Assembly (NCBI GenBank): GCA_963675595.2
Contig: CAXXLZ010000002.1
Span: 2,944,001 to 3,008,000 of the forward strand
Direction of reading: 5' to 3'
Length of the DNA stretch: 64,000 bases
Source: Thermodesulfobacteriota bacterium
Lineage (GTDB): Bacteria; Desulfobacterota; Desulfarculia; JACQYL01
The position numbers and the translations under genes were made by a program. Numbering within the stretch: position 1 is the stretch's first letter; each line of letters begins with the position of its first letter. The notes beneath the pieces were generated by a model, which had not been told where the DNA came from, did not search any database, and saw nothing but the letters and a program-made list of their open reading frames with translations. Of this stretch, positions 30,491 to 39,068 are shown piece after piece.

Positions 30491-33400
30491 ATGTCAAAGG
30501 TTATGTTTGGGTCCTCGAACCGTAACGACTACGATCATTCACGGAGCCGGCTGATGACTGACATTTTGGTGAAAAAGGACAAGATAGTCTCCGGGTTTAG
30601 CTTGGTTATGGTTTTTGTCTGTTTGGTTATCGTGTTTTCCATGCCCAACATCATTTATGCTTCAGCGTGTTGCATAGATGACGAGGTTCACGGCGAATGC
30701 GCTTTTCGGGATGCTGCTCCCGACCATCGGCCGGAATCGGCATCCTATAGGACTTTTCAAGAGGGTGATTTTATAGGGGTTGCGCCAAGTACTGATACAA
30801 GAGATCCTGAAATTGAAACGAGCCGTTCACTGACTATGATTTCAGGCCGGAACCATCCCAGCCATTCAGCTTCGGGAACCGAAAGCATTTTTCAAGCAGG
30901 AAGATCGGGCACTGCGAACCCGGGTGTCTTAGACGTCACTTCCATCGGTAAAACCGCGAACACCCGCAACATGACCATCAACAGCGCCCCTAAAGTCCTT
31001 CTTGTTTCATCAAGGCTCGATGACGCGCATGATCTCGTGAATGCCGCAAACTCCAACGTGCTGGTGATTCAATATAACCCTGAAACCACGGTTCTGAATG
31101 AACTGAACGCGATGGTGACTGACGCGCTCAAGGGCGGGAAGGCTTCATCCATTGCGTTTGCCGCACATAATTGTGGAAGAAACAAATTTCATATCGCCGA
31201 CTCTGAAGTGATCAGTCTCCGTTCAACGGTTTCCAACAGCAAACAGGGGGAGTTCTGGCGCAAACTTGCCTCCAATCTTGAAAAAGGCGGCAGAATCGAT
31301 CTATTGGCCTGCGACCTTGCTGAAGGAGACGAAGGAGGGTTGCTGATAGGCGCGCTGGAACATGTCACGGGAGTCGACTTCGCGGCTTCGACGGATGCAA
31401 CGGGTAATGCCGAGCATGGAGGAAACTGGATACTTGAAACGGATCGCATCAACGCTGAGGAATATTTCAACGCCCCTGAAATCAAAAACTATACGGAATT
31501 AATGGCTGCAAACTGGGAACAGACCCAAAAACTTACCGTATCACCATTCAGCAGCGAATTCGGATTCAGCGTAGCCGTTTCCGGAGATGGGAATACCGCG
31601 CTTATCGGGGGTCCCACCGCTGGTTCGGAAGAAGACGGTGAAGTTTTTGTATTCAGATATTCAGAAGGTTCCTGGGTATATGACGAAACCATAGAAGCTC
31701 CCGAAGGCGGTGGTTTTGGAGTTGCCGTCGCACTTTCCCATGATGGAAATACGGCATTGATCGGTGCCGATCGCGGGGAGAAGGCGTATATTTACTCGTA
31801 TGACGAGTCCTGGTCTTTGGAGACTACATTTGACCCTTCAGGGTCAAATGAAAGCTTTGGATCCAGTGTATGTCTTTCAGCGGACGGATCAACGGCTGTT
31901 GTTGGTGCACCTCTTTTTGATGATCCGTCACAAAATGCAGGAGTCGTCTATGTATATACGGGAAGCGGTTGGTCGGATGAGACCAAGCTGAGTCCTACGC
32001 TTTACGGCTCCTCTATTGGCGACTCTCAATTTGGTTATAGTGTATCTATTTCATCGGATGGGACAACTCTTCTTGTAGGAGCTCCCTATTTTGGTCTCTC
32101 GCCTCATGGTGTCGTTCTTGTCTTTACGGGCTCAGGCACCTCGTGGACTCAACGGACAGACTTCGAGGGGGATGGTTCAACTGAGTATTTCGGCTCCGGC
32201 GTCTCTCTCGCATCAGATGGGACCACGGCTGTTATCGGAGCGCCGCGTAATAATTCAAGTACCGGAGCGGCCTATATATATACGGGCTCAGGCAGTTCCT
32301 GGACCCAACAGGCAAAGCTTTCAGCAACCGGCGGAGCAACCGGTGACGATTTTGGTACTCGCGTATCTATTTCACCGGATGCCACAACCGTCTTAATCGG
32401 AGCGCCCGGAGATAACTCTGATCTTGGGGCGGCATATATTTTTACCGGTTCCGGCAGCTCCTGGGAACAGCAAGCCAAACTGATCGGCGATAATTCCGTT
32501 GATGAAGACTTTGCGCAATGGAGTATGGCGATCTCCCCGGATGGAAAAACGGCTTTTATTGGAGCGAGATCGTATAACGGCTGGCAAGGAACCACTTATG
32601 TTTTCGAGGCGGCAGGCGGCCCCACTTGGGACGGAAGCGAAAGTTCCGACTGGACGGATGGAGACAACTGGAGCACCGGAACCCAGCCGGGCGCCGATGA
32701 TGATGTCGTAATCCCCGATGCCTCCACAACCGATCATGATCCAAACGTTGCCGGCGGGTATACGGTGAATTCCTTCACCGTGGAGAACGGCGGTGTGGTG
32801 AACTTCACGAGCGCTGCCGCCAAGATCACCGCCGACGAAGGCGTCATCAGTATCACCGGCACCGGTGAAGGAGGGAACGGCGCTCTCAAGGCCGGCAGTT
32901 CGTCCACCCAAATTCAATTGGAGGCCCAGACCGGTAATCTAACCCTTGCGGGCGCCAAGATCGTCTCCAACGGCGGTCTCATCGATATCAAGAGCACCGC
33001 CGGCGCCGTCGTGATCACCGGGGACACGACCCTTTCCGTCGACAATTCAAACGTGAACCTGACTTCAAGCGGAGGGGATATCGCCGGCGGCGGTTCCCTG
33101 ACCATCACGGTGAACGGGGTGGCGGGCGAAAGCGTTACCATCGCCGACGACATCAACGGCCTTGCGGCCCTTACTATATCCAACGCTCCGCAAGTCGATC
33201 TTCAAAACGTCTCGGTCACTACCGGAAACATCGCCGTCACCGGCTCGAACATCGACCTCAACGGCGCCACCTACACCAGTGCCGGCGGTTCCGTCACCTT
33301 CACCGGGGCGGTGGATCTCGATTCCCCCGGCGGGGCGGCCGTTTCGTCCGGGGGCGAGGCCGGCGACGACATCTCCTTTACCGGCACCATCGACGGAAAG

Positions 33401-36220
33401 GACGACGACACCCAGAGTCTCACCCTTGACGCCGGCTCAGCGGGAACCGTTTCGGTTTCCGGCGCCATAGGCGGGACGGCCTCAAAACAAATTAAGACAC
33501 TGACGATCACCAACAGCAACGGCGCCACGTTTTCAGGTGCGGTTACAGCCGACACCGGCGTGGTTCTCACGGACTCCGAGGACGGTTCCGACATCGTCTT
33601 CGACGGCGCCCTCGTGACGCCGACCCTGACGACCGCCGATCAGGGCTATAATGTGCAGCTGAACGGCGACGGAACCACCATTGCCGATCTTGTGGAATTC
33701 CTGAACACGGGTACGGTTTCGCTCGGCGATGCCGCCGGAGATACGCTCACCTTCAACGGCGGGATTGAAACAACCGGCAACGGCAGTAATCCATCTTCCG
33801 TCAGCCTCAACGGCGCCCTGGTGACCTCGAACGACGTGGTTACCCTGGGTGCAACCACCATCAGCGGTACCGCGGCGATCAATTCCGGAGGCGGCGCCAT
33901 CGCCTTTTCAGGAACAACAGGGGGCGGCGGCACACTCACGGCCTCCGGCGGGACGGTAACCTATGGCCTGGCCGGTGCTCAGAGCATTTATACAGGTACC
34001 TACGCGGGGGTTTCCTTTGCAGGAAGCGGCACCAAGACCCTCGCCGGGGCCATCGACGTGAACGGCAACCTTTCCATCGCTCCGGGCGTTACCCTCGATG
34101 TCGCAAACGGCGGTGACTTCGGCATCAACGTAGCCGGAAACTGGAGCAACAACGGGGTATTCGACGGCCGGTCCGGCACCGTGACCTTTGACGGATCCCT
34201 AGCCCAGGGCATTTCCGACAACTCCACCTTCCACAATCTGACCATCAACGCTTCGGCACTGGTGACGCTTGCCGGAGACGTCACTGTCGACGGCACCCTG
34301 ATCCTCACCGACGGCGGCGGATTGATCGACACCGACGGGCATACACTGACTGCCAACGGCACGATTCTGGATGATTCAGCCGGTACTGATTTTGACGGCG
34401 ACCATATGATTATTTCGAATGGTACGGGAAGCCTCCGGCGAACGGCTCCCAATGCCGGGACCTACCTGTTTCCCGTGGGGACCCTGAATGGAACCGCCTA
34501 CTATTCACCGGCGACCCTCATTTTTACCGACGGGTCTTATGACGGCGGCGCCTATGCGGAGATTTCCGTCAATAACAGCAAACAGCCGAACAACACCAGC
34601 ACCACCAATTATCTGAACCGGTACTGGACCGTGGCCCAGAGCGGCATATCGGGTTTTTCCTGTAATGCCTCTTTCAATTACCAGCCGGATGACGTTGCGG
34701 GCACGGAAGCCGATATTTCCGGCGCCGCCTACAGCGGCGGGGCCTGGACGGCACTTAGCCCTGTGGATACGGTCAACCACAAGTTTTCCGGCACGGTTGC
34801 GAGTTTTTCCGATTTTACGGGTGTCGGGTCCTACGGGGTGACCTACAACGCCAACAGCGCCACATCCGGCACGGCGCCCGCCGCTCAAGCCAAGATTAAA
34901 GGCCTGGACCTGACGCTTCAGACGAACTCGGGCAGCCTGGCCAGAACCGGATATACCTTCTCCGGATGGAACACGTCCGCCACCGGACTAGGTACTCACT
35001 ACGACGCCGGAGGCACCTACTCCGCCAATGCAGCCGTGACCCTCTATGCCGAATGGACGGCCGATACCTACACGGTGACCCTTGACGATCAGGGGGGCGC
35101 CGGCGGAAGCGGCAGTGTGACCGCGACCTACGACTCGGCCATGCCTTCGGCCACGGCGCCGACGCGTGACGGGTTCACTTTCGTCGGCTACTACACGGAA
35201 ACCGGAGGTTCCGGAACTCAGTACTATACGGCGGCCATGGCGAGTGCGCGCAACTGGGACCGGACTTCGGACACCACCCTGTACGCGCATTGGACCACCA
35301 TAGTCGCTCCCACGGCTACCGACGCGACGAACGTTTCGGGAACCGGGTTTACGGCCAACTGGCTCAGTGTCGCCGGTGCGACCGGCTACCGGCTGGATGT
35401 GTCGGAACAAGACGATTTCAGCACCTTCGTCACCGGGTACCAGGACAAGGACGTGGGAAATGTCACCTCTTCAGCGATAACCGACCTCAACGAGGTAACG
35501 GAATATTATTACCGTTTGCGGGCCGAGAAAGACGGATCGACAAGCGACCATTCCAATACCATCAGCGTGACCACTTCCGACGGCACCGGGGTTTCGGCGG
35601 GTGTTCAGGATGCCGTCCCCAACGGCGGCGACGGAAACGGCGACGGCATTCAGGACAGCCTGCAGACCAGTGGGGCGTCCCTTCCTTCAGCCTCATCCGA
35701 CCAGAGCTATCTCACCCTGGAAGTCCGGGACGGTTGCGATCGGCTGCACAATGTGGCCACCGGCACCTATGCTTCCGTGGGGACTCCTGATCCGGGCTAC
35801 GAGCATCCCTTTGAGCTGATGTCTTTTAACCTTCCTTGTGCGACGGCCACGGTTCGCGTCTACTATCACGGCGCCGATTCTCTGGCGCATTTTGTCTACC
35901 GGAAATTCGGCCCGACGCCCGACGACTGGAACTCTTCGGTGTGGTACAGCATGCCTGATGTGACTTTCGGAACGGAAGAGATCGATGGAAAGACCGTTCA
36001 CTATGTCGAATTTGTGCTGGAAGAGTCCAAACTGGGCGACGATACCAAAGGTTTCCTATGTGGCCTCAAGTCAAGCCGGAATTGGATAACCGTTTCCTAT
36101 TCGCGCCCGAAGCGCCAAGTACACATGCGATGTAGAAGCGAAGATGCCGCCATTTCCCCAGCGCTACCGATGCAGCCAAACTTTATCGCGGCCGTCTCCG
36201 CTGTTGTCTCCCCGGCTTGA
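30491..36220 (+). CDS. Giant surface/adhesin protein (DUF4347, FG-GAP repeats, beta-helix, InlB-B/Flg_new repeats, FN3, choice-of-anchor U-like); native C-terminus cut off by IS110
   Basis: IDLLACDLA...AASTDATG...GGNWILE; repeated FGxSVxxSxDGxTxxxGAP; GYTFSGWNT...LYAEW; FN3 YYYRLRA; residues after 36056 are IS-derived; start uncertain. Confidence 0.85.
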   Translation: MSKVMFGSSNRNDYDHSRSRLMTDILVKKDKIVSGFSLVMVFVCLVIVFSMPNIIYASACCIDDEVHGECAFRDAAPDHRPESASYRTFQEGDFIGVAPSTDTRDPEIETSRSLTMISGRNHPSHSASGTESIFQAGRSGTANPGVLDVTSIGKTANTRNMTINSAPKVLLVSSRLDDAHDLVNAANSNVLVIQYNPETTVLNELNAMVTDALKGGKASSIAFAAHNCGRNKFHIADSEVISLRSTVSNSKQGEFWRKLASNLEKGGRIDLLACDLAEGDEGGLLIGALEHVTGVDFAASTDATGNAEHGGNWILETDRINAEEYFNAPEIKNYTELMAANWEQTQKLTVSPFSSEFGFSVAVSGDGNTALIGGPTAGSEEDGEVFVFRYSEGSWVYDETIEAPEGGGFGVAVALSHDGNTALIGADRGEKAYIYSYDESWSLETTFDPSGSNESFGSSVCLSADGSTAVVGAPLFDDPSQNAGVVYVYTGSGWSDETKLSPTLYGSSIGDSQFGYSVSISSDGTTLLVGAPYFGLSPHGVVLVFTGSGTSWTQRTDFEGDGSTEYFGSGVSLASDGTTAVIGAPRNNSSTGAAYIYTGSGSSWTQQAKLSATGGATGDDFGTRVSISPDATTVLIGAPGDNSDLGAAYIFTGSGSSWEQQAKLIGDNSVDEDFAQWSMAISPDGKTAFIGARSYNGWQGTTYVFEAAGGPTWDGSESSDWTDGDNWSTGTQPGADDDVVIPDASTTDHDPNVAGGYTVNSFTVENGGVVNFTSAAAKITADEGVISITGTGEGGNGALKAGSSSTQIQLEAQTGNLTLAGAKIVSNGGLIDIKSTAGAVVITGDTTLSVDNSNVNLTSSGGDIAGGGSLTITVNGVAGESVTIADDINGLAALTISNAPQVDLQNVSVTTGNIAVTGSNIDLNGATYTSAGGSVTFTGAVDLDSPGGAAVSSGGEAGDDISFTGTIDGKDDDTQSLTLDAGSAGTVSVSGAIGGTASKQIKTLTITNSNGATFSGAVTADTGVVLTDSEDGSDIVFDGALVTPTLTTADQGYNVQLNGDGTTIADLVEFLNTGTVSLGDAAGDTLTFNGGIETTGNGSNPSSVSLNGALVTSNDVVTLGATTISGTAAINSGGGAIAFSGTTGGGGTLTASGGTVTYGLAGAQSIYTGTYAGVSFAGSGTKTLAGAIDVNGNLSIAPGVTLDVANGGDFGINVAGNWSNNGVFDGRSGTVTFDGSLAQGISDNSTFHNLTINASALVTLAGDVTVDGTLILTDGGGLIDTDGHTLTANGTILDDSAGTDFDGDHMIISNGTGSLRRTAPNAGTYLFPVGTLNGTAYYSPATLIFTDGSYDGGAYAEISVNNSKQPNNTSTTNYLNRYWTVAQSGISGFSCNASFNYQPDDVAGTEADISGAAYSGGAWTALSPVDTVNHKFSGTVASFSDFTGVGSYGVTYNANSATSGTAPAAQAKIKGLDLTLQTNSGSLARTGYTFSGWNTSATGLGTHYDAGGTYSANAAVTLYAEWTADTYTVTLDDQGGAGGSGSVTATYDSAMPSATAPTRDGFTFVGYYTETGGSGTQYYTAAMASARNWDRTSDTTLYAHWTTIVAPTATDATNVSGTGFTANWLSVAGATGYRLDVSEQDDFSTFVTGYQDKDVGNVTSSAITDLNEVTEYYYRLRAEKDGSTSDHSNTISVTTSDGTGVSAGVQDAVPNGGDGNGDGIQDSLQTSGASLPSASSDQSYLTLEVRDGCDRLHNVATGTYASVGTPDPGYEHPFELMSFNLPCATATVRVYYHGADSLAHFVYRKFGPTPDDWNSSVWYSMPDVTFGTEEIDGKTVHYVEFVLEESKLGDDTKGFLCGLKSSRNWITVSYSRPKRQVHMRCRSEDAAISPALPMQPNFIAAVSAVVSPA

Positions 36221-36287
36221 GGCTCGGGACCCACCTCAAGTATGGGTCCCGAGCCGGTTGGGTTCTCCTAAACAAGTCCTAACCGGC
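36060..36287 (-). ncRNA. Candidate bridge/seek RNA of the IS1111 element
   Basis: Hairpin-rich region with 8-nt matches to the empty target (tttcccca, 36153-36160) and circle junction (tttcctat, 36093-36100). Confidence 0.75.
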
Positions 36288-37376
36288 TCATGCTTGGTCC
36301 GCTTGGAGACGAAATTCATAGGTCCGTTTTTCCATGGTCAATCGCCATAGAACAACGGCCAGTTTCCGTGCCAACGCACAAATGGCCTTTTGTGGAAGGC
36401 CCGTTCGCGACAGGAGTTTTCGATAATGCGAATCAATGGCCGGATCCCTGGACTTCCACGTCCAGGCCGCCTCCACCAACAGACTCCGCAGTCGCGTCTG
36501 ACCCACGGGAGGAAGCGCCACTCGAGATTTCCTCTCTCCGCTCTGTCGCACCAGGGGGGCGAGTCCCAGATAGCTGGTCACTTCCTCCACTCGATGGAAC
36601 CGACTCGGGCGAAACAATTCCAGGAGGAAGGTAGCCGCTGTGATGGGACCCACCCCGGGGACGCTTCGAAGGCATCGCATTTCCTCAAAGTGTTCAGGTT
36701 TCTCGCACACACTGGAAGTCCTTTCCTCCATGAAGGCTTTTTCCTTTGTGAGGAAATTCAACTCACGGAGCAAGCTGAGCAGCGTCGCTTTGGCCTCCTT
36801 CGGCAGACGAAGCTTTCGAAGTTGCGCCACAGCGCTTCGGCCCCAATGATTGAGCCCGGGAGGCGCCTCCACACCGTGAAACAGCAGAAGGGATTGAATT
36901 CTCTGCTTAACGCGTCGAGTGCCGTCGGCCAGATCGTGCCGACGGCGAATTACGCTGCGTTCGGCCTCCTCTTCCTCCGTGGGAACGGCGATGGACTTCA
37001 ATATCCCTCGGGCGGCATGGTCCGCCAACCGCATGCAATCCAGGCGGTCGGTCTTGGCCCCCGCAGTCACCGGCCTAGGGACCCGACTCGGCGCCACCAC
37101 GATCACGCTGAACCCGGCTTTGGCCAAAGTGCGCGCAAGGCCGAAGCCGGTGGGCCCCGCTTCGTAGGCTACGGCTCGGATGCGCCTCAAGTGGGGGAGC
37201 AACATGGCCACGATGGCCTCCGGAGAGGCCGAGGACACAAAAGTCTTCACCTCGCCGTCGCTGCGAAGCACGGCCACGTGGTAGCTCTTTTTGTGTACGT
37301 CGATCCCGACGTGGAAATCACGGTCGATATCCAGCTCCAAAAACTTGGCCAATTCTGTTACTTTCGTTGCTACCAT
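36288..37376 (-). CDS. IS110 DEDD recombinase/transposase
   Basis: GIDVHKKS, AYEAG, KTDRLD (DEDD); SVPGVG, SYLGLAP..RQSG (catalytic Ser). Confidence 0.95.
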   Translation of the reverse strand: MVATKVTELAKFLELDIDRDFHVGIDVHKKSYHVAVLRSDGEVKTFVSSASPEAIVAMLLPHLRRIRAVAYEAGPTGFGLARTLAKAGFSVIVVAPSRVPRPVTAGAKTDRLDCMRLADHAARGILKSIAVPTEEEEAERSVIRRRHDLADGTRRVKQRIQSLLLFHGVEAPPGLNHWGRSAVAQLRKLRLPKEAKATLLSLLRELNFLTKEKAFMEERTSSVCEKPEHFEEMRCLRSVPGVGPITAATFLLELFRPSRFHRVEEVTSYLGLAPLVRQSGERKSRVALPPVGQTRLRSLLVEAAWTWKSRDPAIDSHYRKLLSRTGLPQKAICALARKLAVVLWRLTMEKRTYEFRLQADQA

Positions 37377-37447
37377 GTTGGTCTCCTTTCTGTTTGGGTG
37401 ATGCTCCATCATAACGATCGAGCACCTGAGGCCAACATGGTATTTCC

Positions 37448-37602
37448 CCATCATAGATCAAGGCGGCGTCGCTCGAGCGGACGACGCCACCGGTCGAACA
37501 AGCACCGCCGTTCCTACACTCAAAGAGTGTGGACTGATCATTCTGGCGCTTCTATTGGGCTGCGGGGCCCTATGGAGCATCAGACGACGGGAGGAATGCT
37601 GA
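37448..37602 (+). other. Stranded native C-terminus of the surface protein with IPTL-CTERM-like anchor
   Basis: IIDQGG...AVPTLKECGLIILALLLGCGALWSIRRREEC*; in frame with 30491 ORF once the IS is removed. Confidence 0.85.
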
Positions 37603-37690
37603 CCATTCAAGGGAGGACTCTTGAAGAAAGTCCCTTCCGAGCCCTCAAGACCTCACAAACAGGCCTTACCGCCTTCGGCGGAGAGCCTGA
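37603..37690. repeat. REP/MITE-like element (inverted copy of 29985-30085)
   Basis: caggccttaccgccttcggcggagag vs reverse complement caggcctcaccgcctccggcggagag. Confidence 0.6.
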
Positions 37691-37791
37691 GGGGGAATAC
37701 GGTTGCTCGTTAACTTCCAGGGCTCCTTTTTTGAAGCGGGCTTTGAGGTCGTCGCCGCTTACAAGAATCTAAAACATCCCGCCGGCAATGG

Positions 37792-38952
37792 TCACGTCAT
37801 CTCCACCGGCCGCTTCGCCTTAGGCGTGTTTCGGCTGGGATGGACCACGATGCGTCCGTCCACCAACACGAGGGAGACCGCCGGTACGTCTCCTTGCTCC
37901 AACGCCTGCAGGGCATCCTCCCCTACGCCTCCCGCCGGAGCGTCCAGAATGACCAGGTCCGCCGGCCTACCTTCCTTGATCAATCCGGAGCGGAGACCAT
38001 AAACCCCGGCCGTATTTCCCGTGGCCATGCACAAGGCCTGTTCAGGCTCCACCTCGGCCAGGGAAGCGGCCATGCCCACCACCCGTAGTACGCCGAGAGG
38101 CGTCACGCCGCTGCCCGACGGAGAATCGCTGCCCACGATGATTCGGTCCAGAGCGTTGACCTTTTTCGCATACTGGAGGAGAGTCACCAACGCCTTGGGG
38201 TTGCCGCAGTAGACCAACTCAAGGGCGCAGGAGCTCTCCAGCAAAATTCTCTGCATGTCTCCCCTGCTTATTGCGGTGGGTCCCCCGTTGATATGAGAGG
38301 CCACCCGAGGTCGGACTTTGAGAACATGTTGCGCCGTCACGGCTTCGGTTTGGTGCGAAGAGGGTCCGCCCACGTGCATGGTTACGATCATCCCCGACGC
38401 TTGTGCCCACTCGGCCATGACCGCGGCATCGTCGGGCATCGAAACGGAGCCCAGACCGATCTCCCCCACAAGGCGAACACCGTGCGCCGCCATCTCCCTG
38501 AAGTCGTCACGGGTCAGGCCTTCTTCCAGGATCACCGCACCTCCCAGGACCTTTATGCCCCCGGGACGATAATCACGATAGATTTTCGCGGCGAGGATCG
38601 CGAGGGCCTTCGCACCCGCGGGATCTGTCGGACGACCGGGAATATGGACCTCACCCGCGGAGATCAGGGTCGTTACGCCTCCATGGAGAGCGTTTTCCAT
38701 GAACCCGATCTGTTGCTGCCTGGGAGTGTAGTCCGTGAGCCCCACGTGGCAGTGGGAGTCAAGAAGCCCGGGCGCCGCCACGGCACCCTTTGCGTCGATG
38801 ACGGTATCTACTTTCATGGTGGAAGCTTCTTCACTCGATCCGATCCACTTGAAGACTCCGTCTCTGATGAGAAGAGCGTCTCCGGTGATGAAGGGAGAAT
38901 GAATGTTGCCTGAAATGAGCTTTCCGATGTTTCGGATTAGAATAGAGGACAT
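37792..38952 (-). CDS. Amidohydrolase, enamidase-like
   Basis: PGLLDSHCH, SAGEVH.PGRP, MHVGG, SHINGG, GSDSPSGSG. Confidence 0.8.
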   Translation of the reverse strand: MSSILIRNIGKLISGNIHSPFITGDALLIRDGVFKWIGSSEEASTMKVDTVIDAKGAVAAPGLLDSHCHVGLTDYTPRQQQIGFMENALHGGVTTLISAGEVHIPGRPTDPAGAKALAILAAKIYRDYRPGGIKVLGGAVILEEGLTRDDFREMAAHGVRLVGEIGLGSVSMPDDAAVMAEWAQASGMIVTMHVGGPSSHQTEAVTAQHVLKVRPRVASHINGGPTAISRGDMQRILLESSCALELVYCGNPKALVTLLQYAKKVNALDRIIVGSDSPSGSGVTPLGVLRVVGMAASLAEVEPEQALCMATGNTAGVYGLRSGLIKEGRPADLVILDAPAGGVGEDALQALEQGDVPAVSLVLVDGRIVVHPSRNTPKAKRPVEMT

Positions 38953-39068
38953 TCCGAACCGCCTTTGACCGTAAAAGACAGGCCCGGCACTGGATCCTGG
39001 GACCCGGCCGGGCCTGATATTCTTCTGCCGCCGTGTGTGTTAAGAACTGCGATTCATGCCTTGATGGG

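Larger units (their letters stand above)
36057..37447 (-). mobile_element. IS110-family (IS1111-type) element
   Basis: tttcc repeated at both junctions (36052-36056, 37443-37447); subterminal IRs atgtggcctcaagt / acctgaggccaacat; non-coding region downstream of the recombinase. Confidence 0.92.

Noticed and set aside
31550-32600. Periodic repeats that might suggest an array
   Set aside because: Degenerate protein-level FG-GAP repeats; no identical repeat-spacer pattern, so not CRISPR
36057-36220. C-terminal ~54 aa of the 1909-aa ORF as a real domain
   Set aside because: Read-through into the IS110 non-coding end
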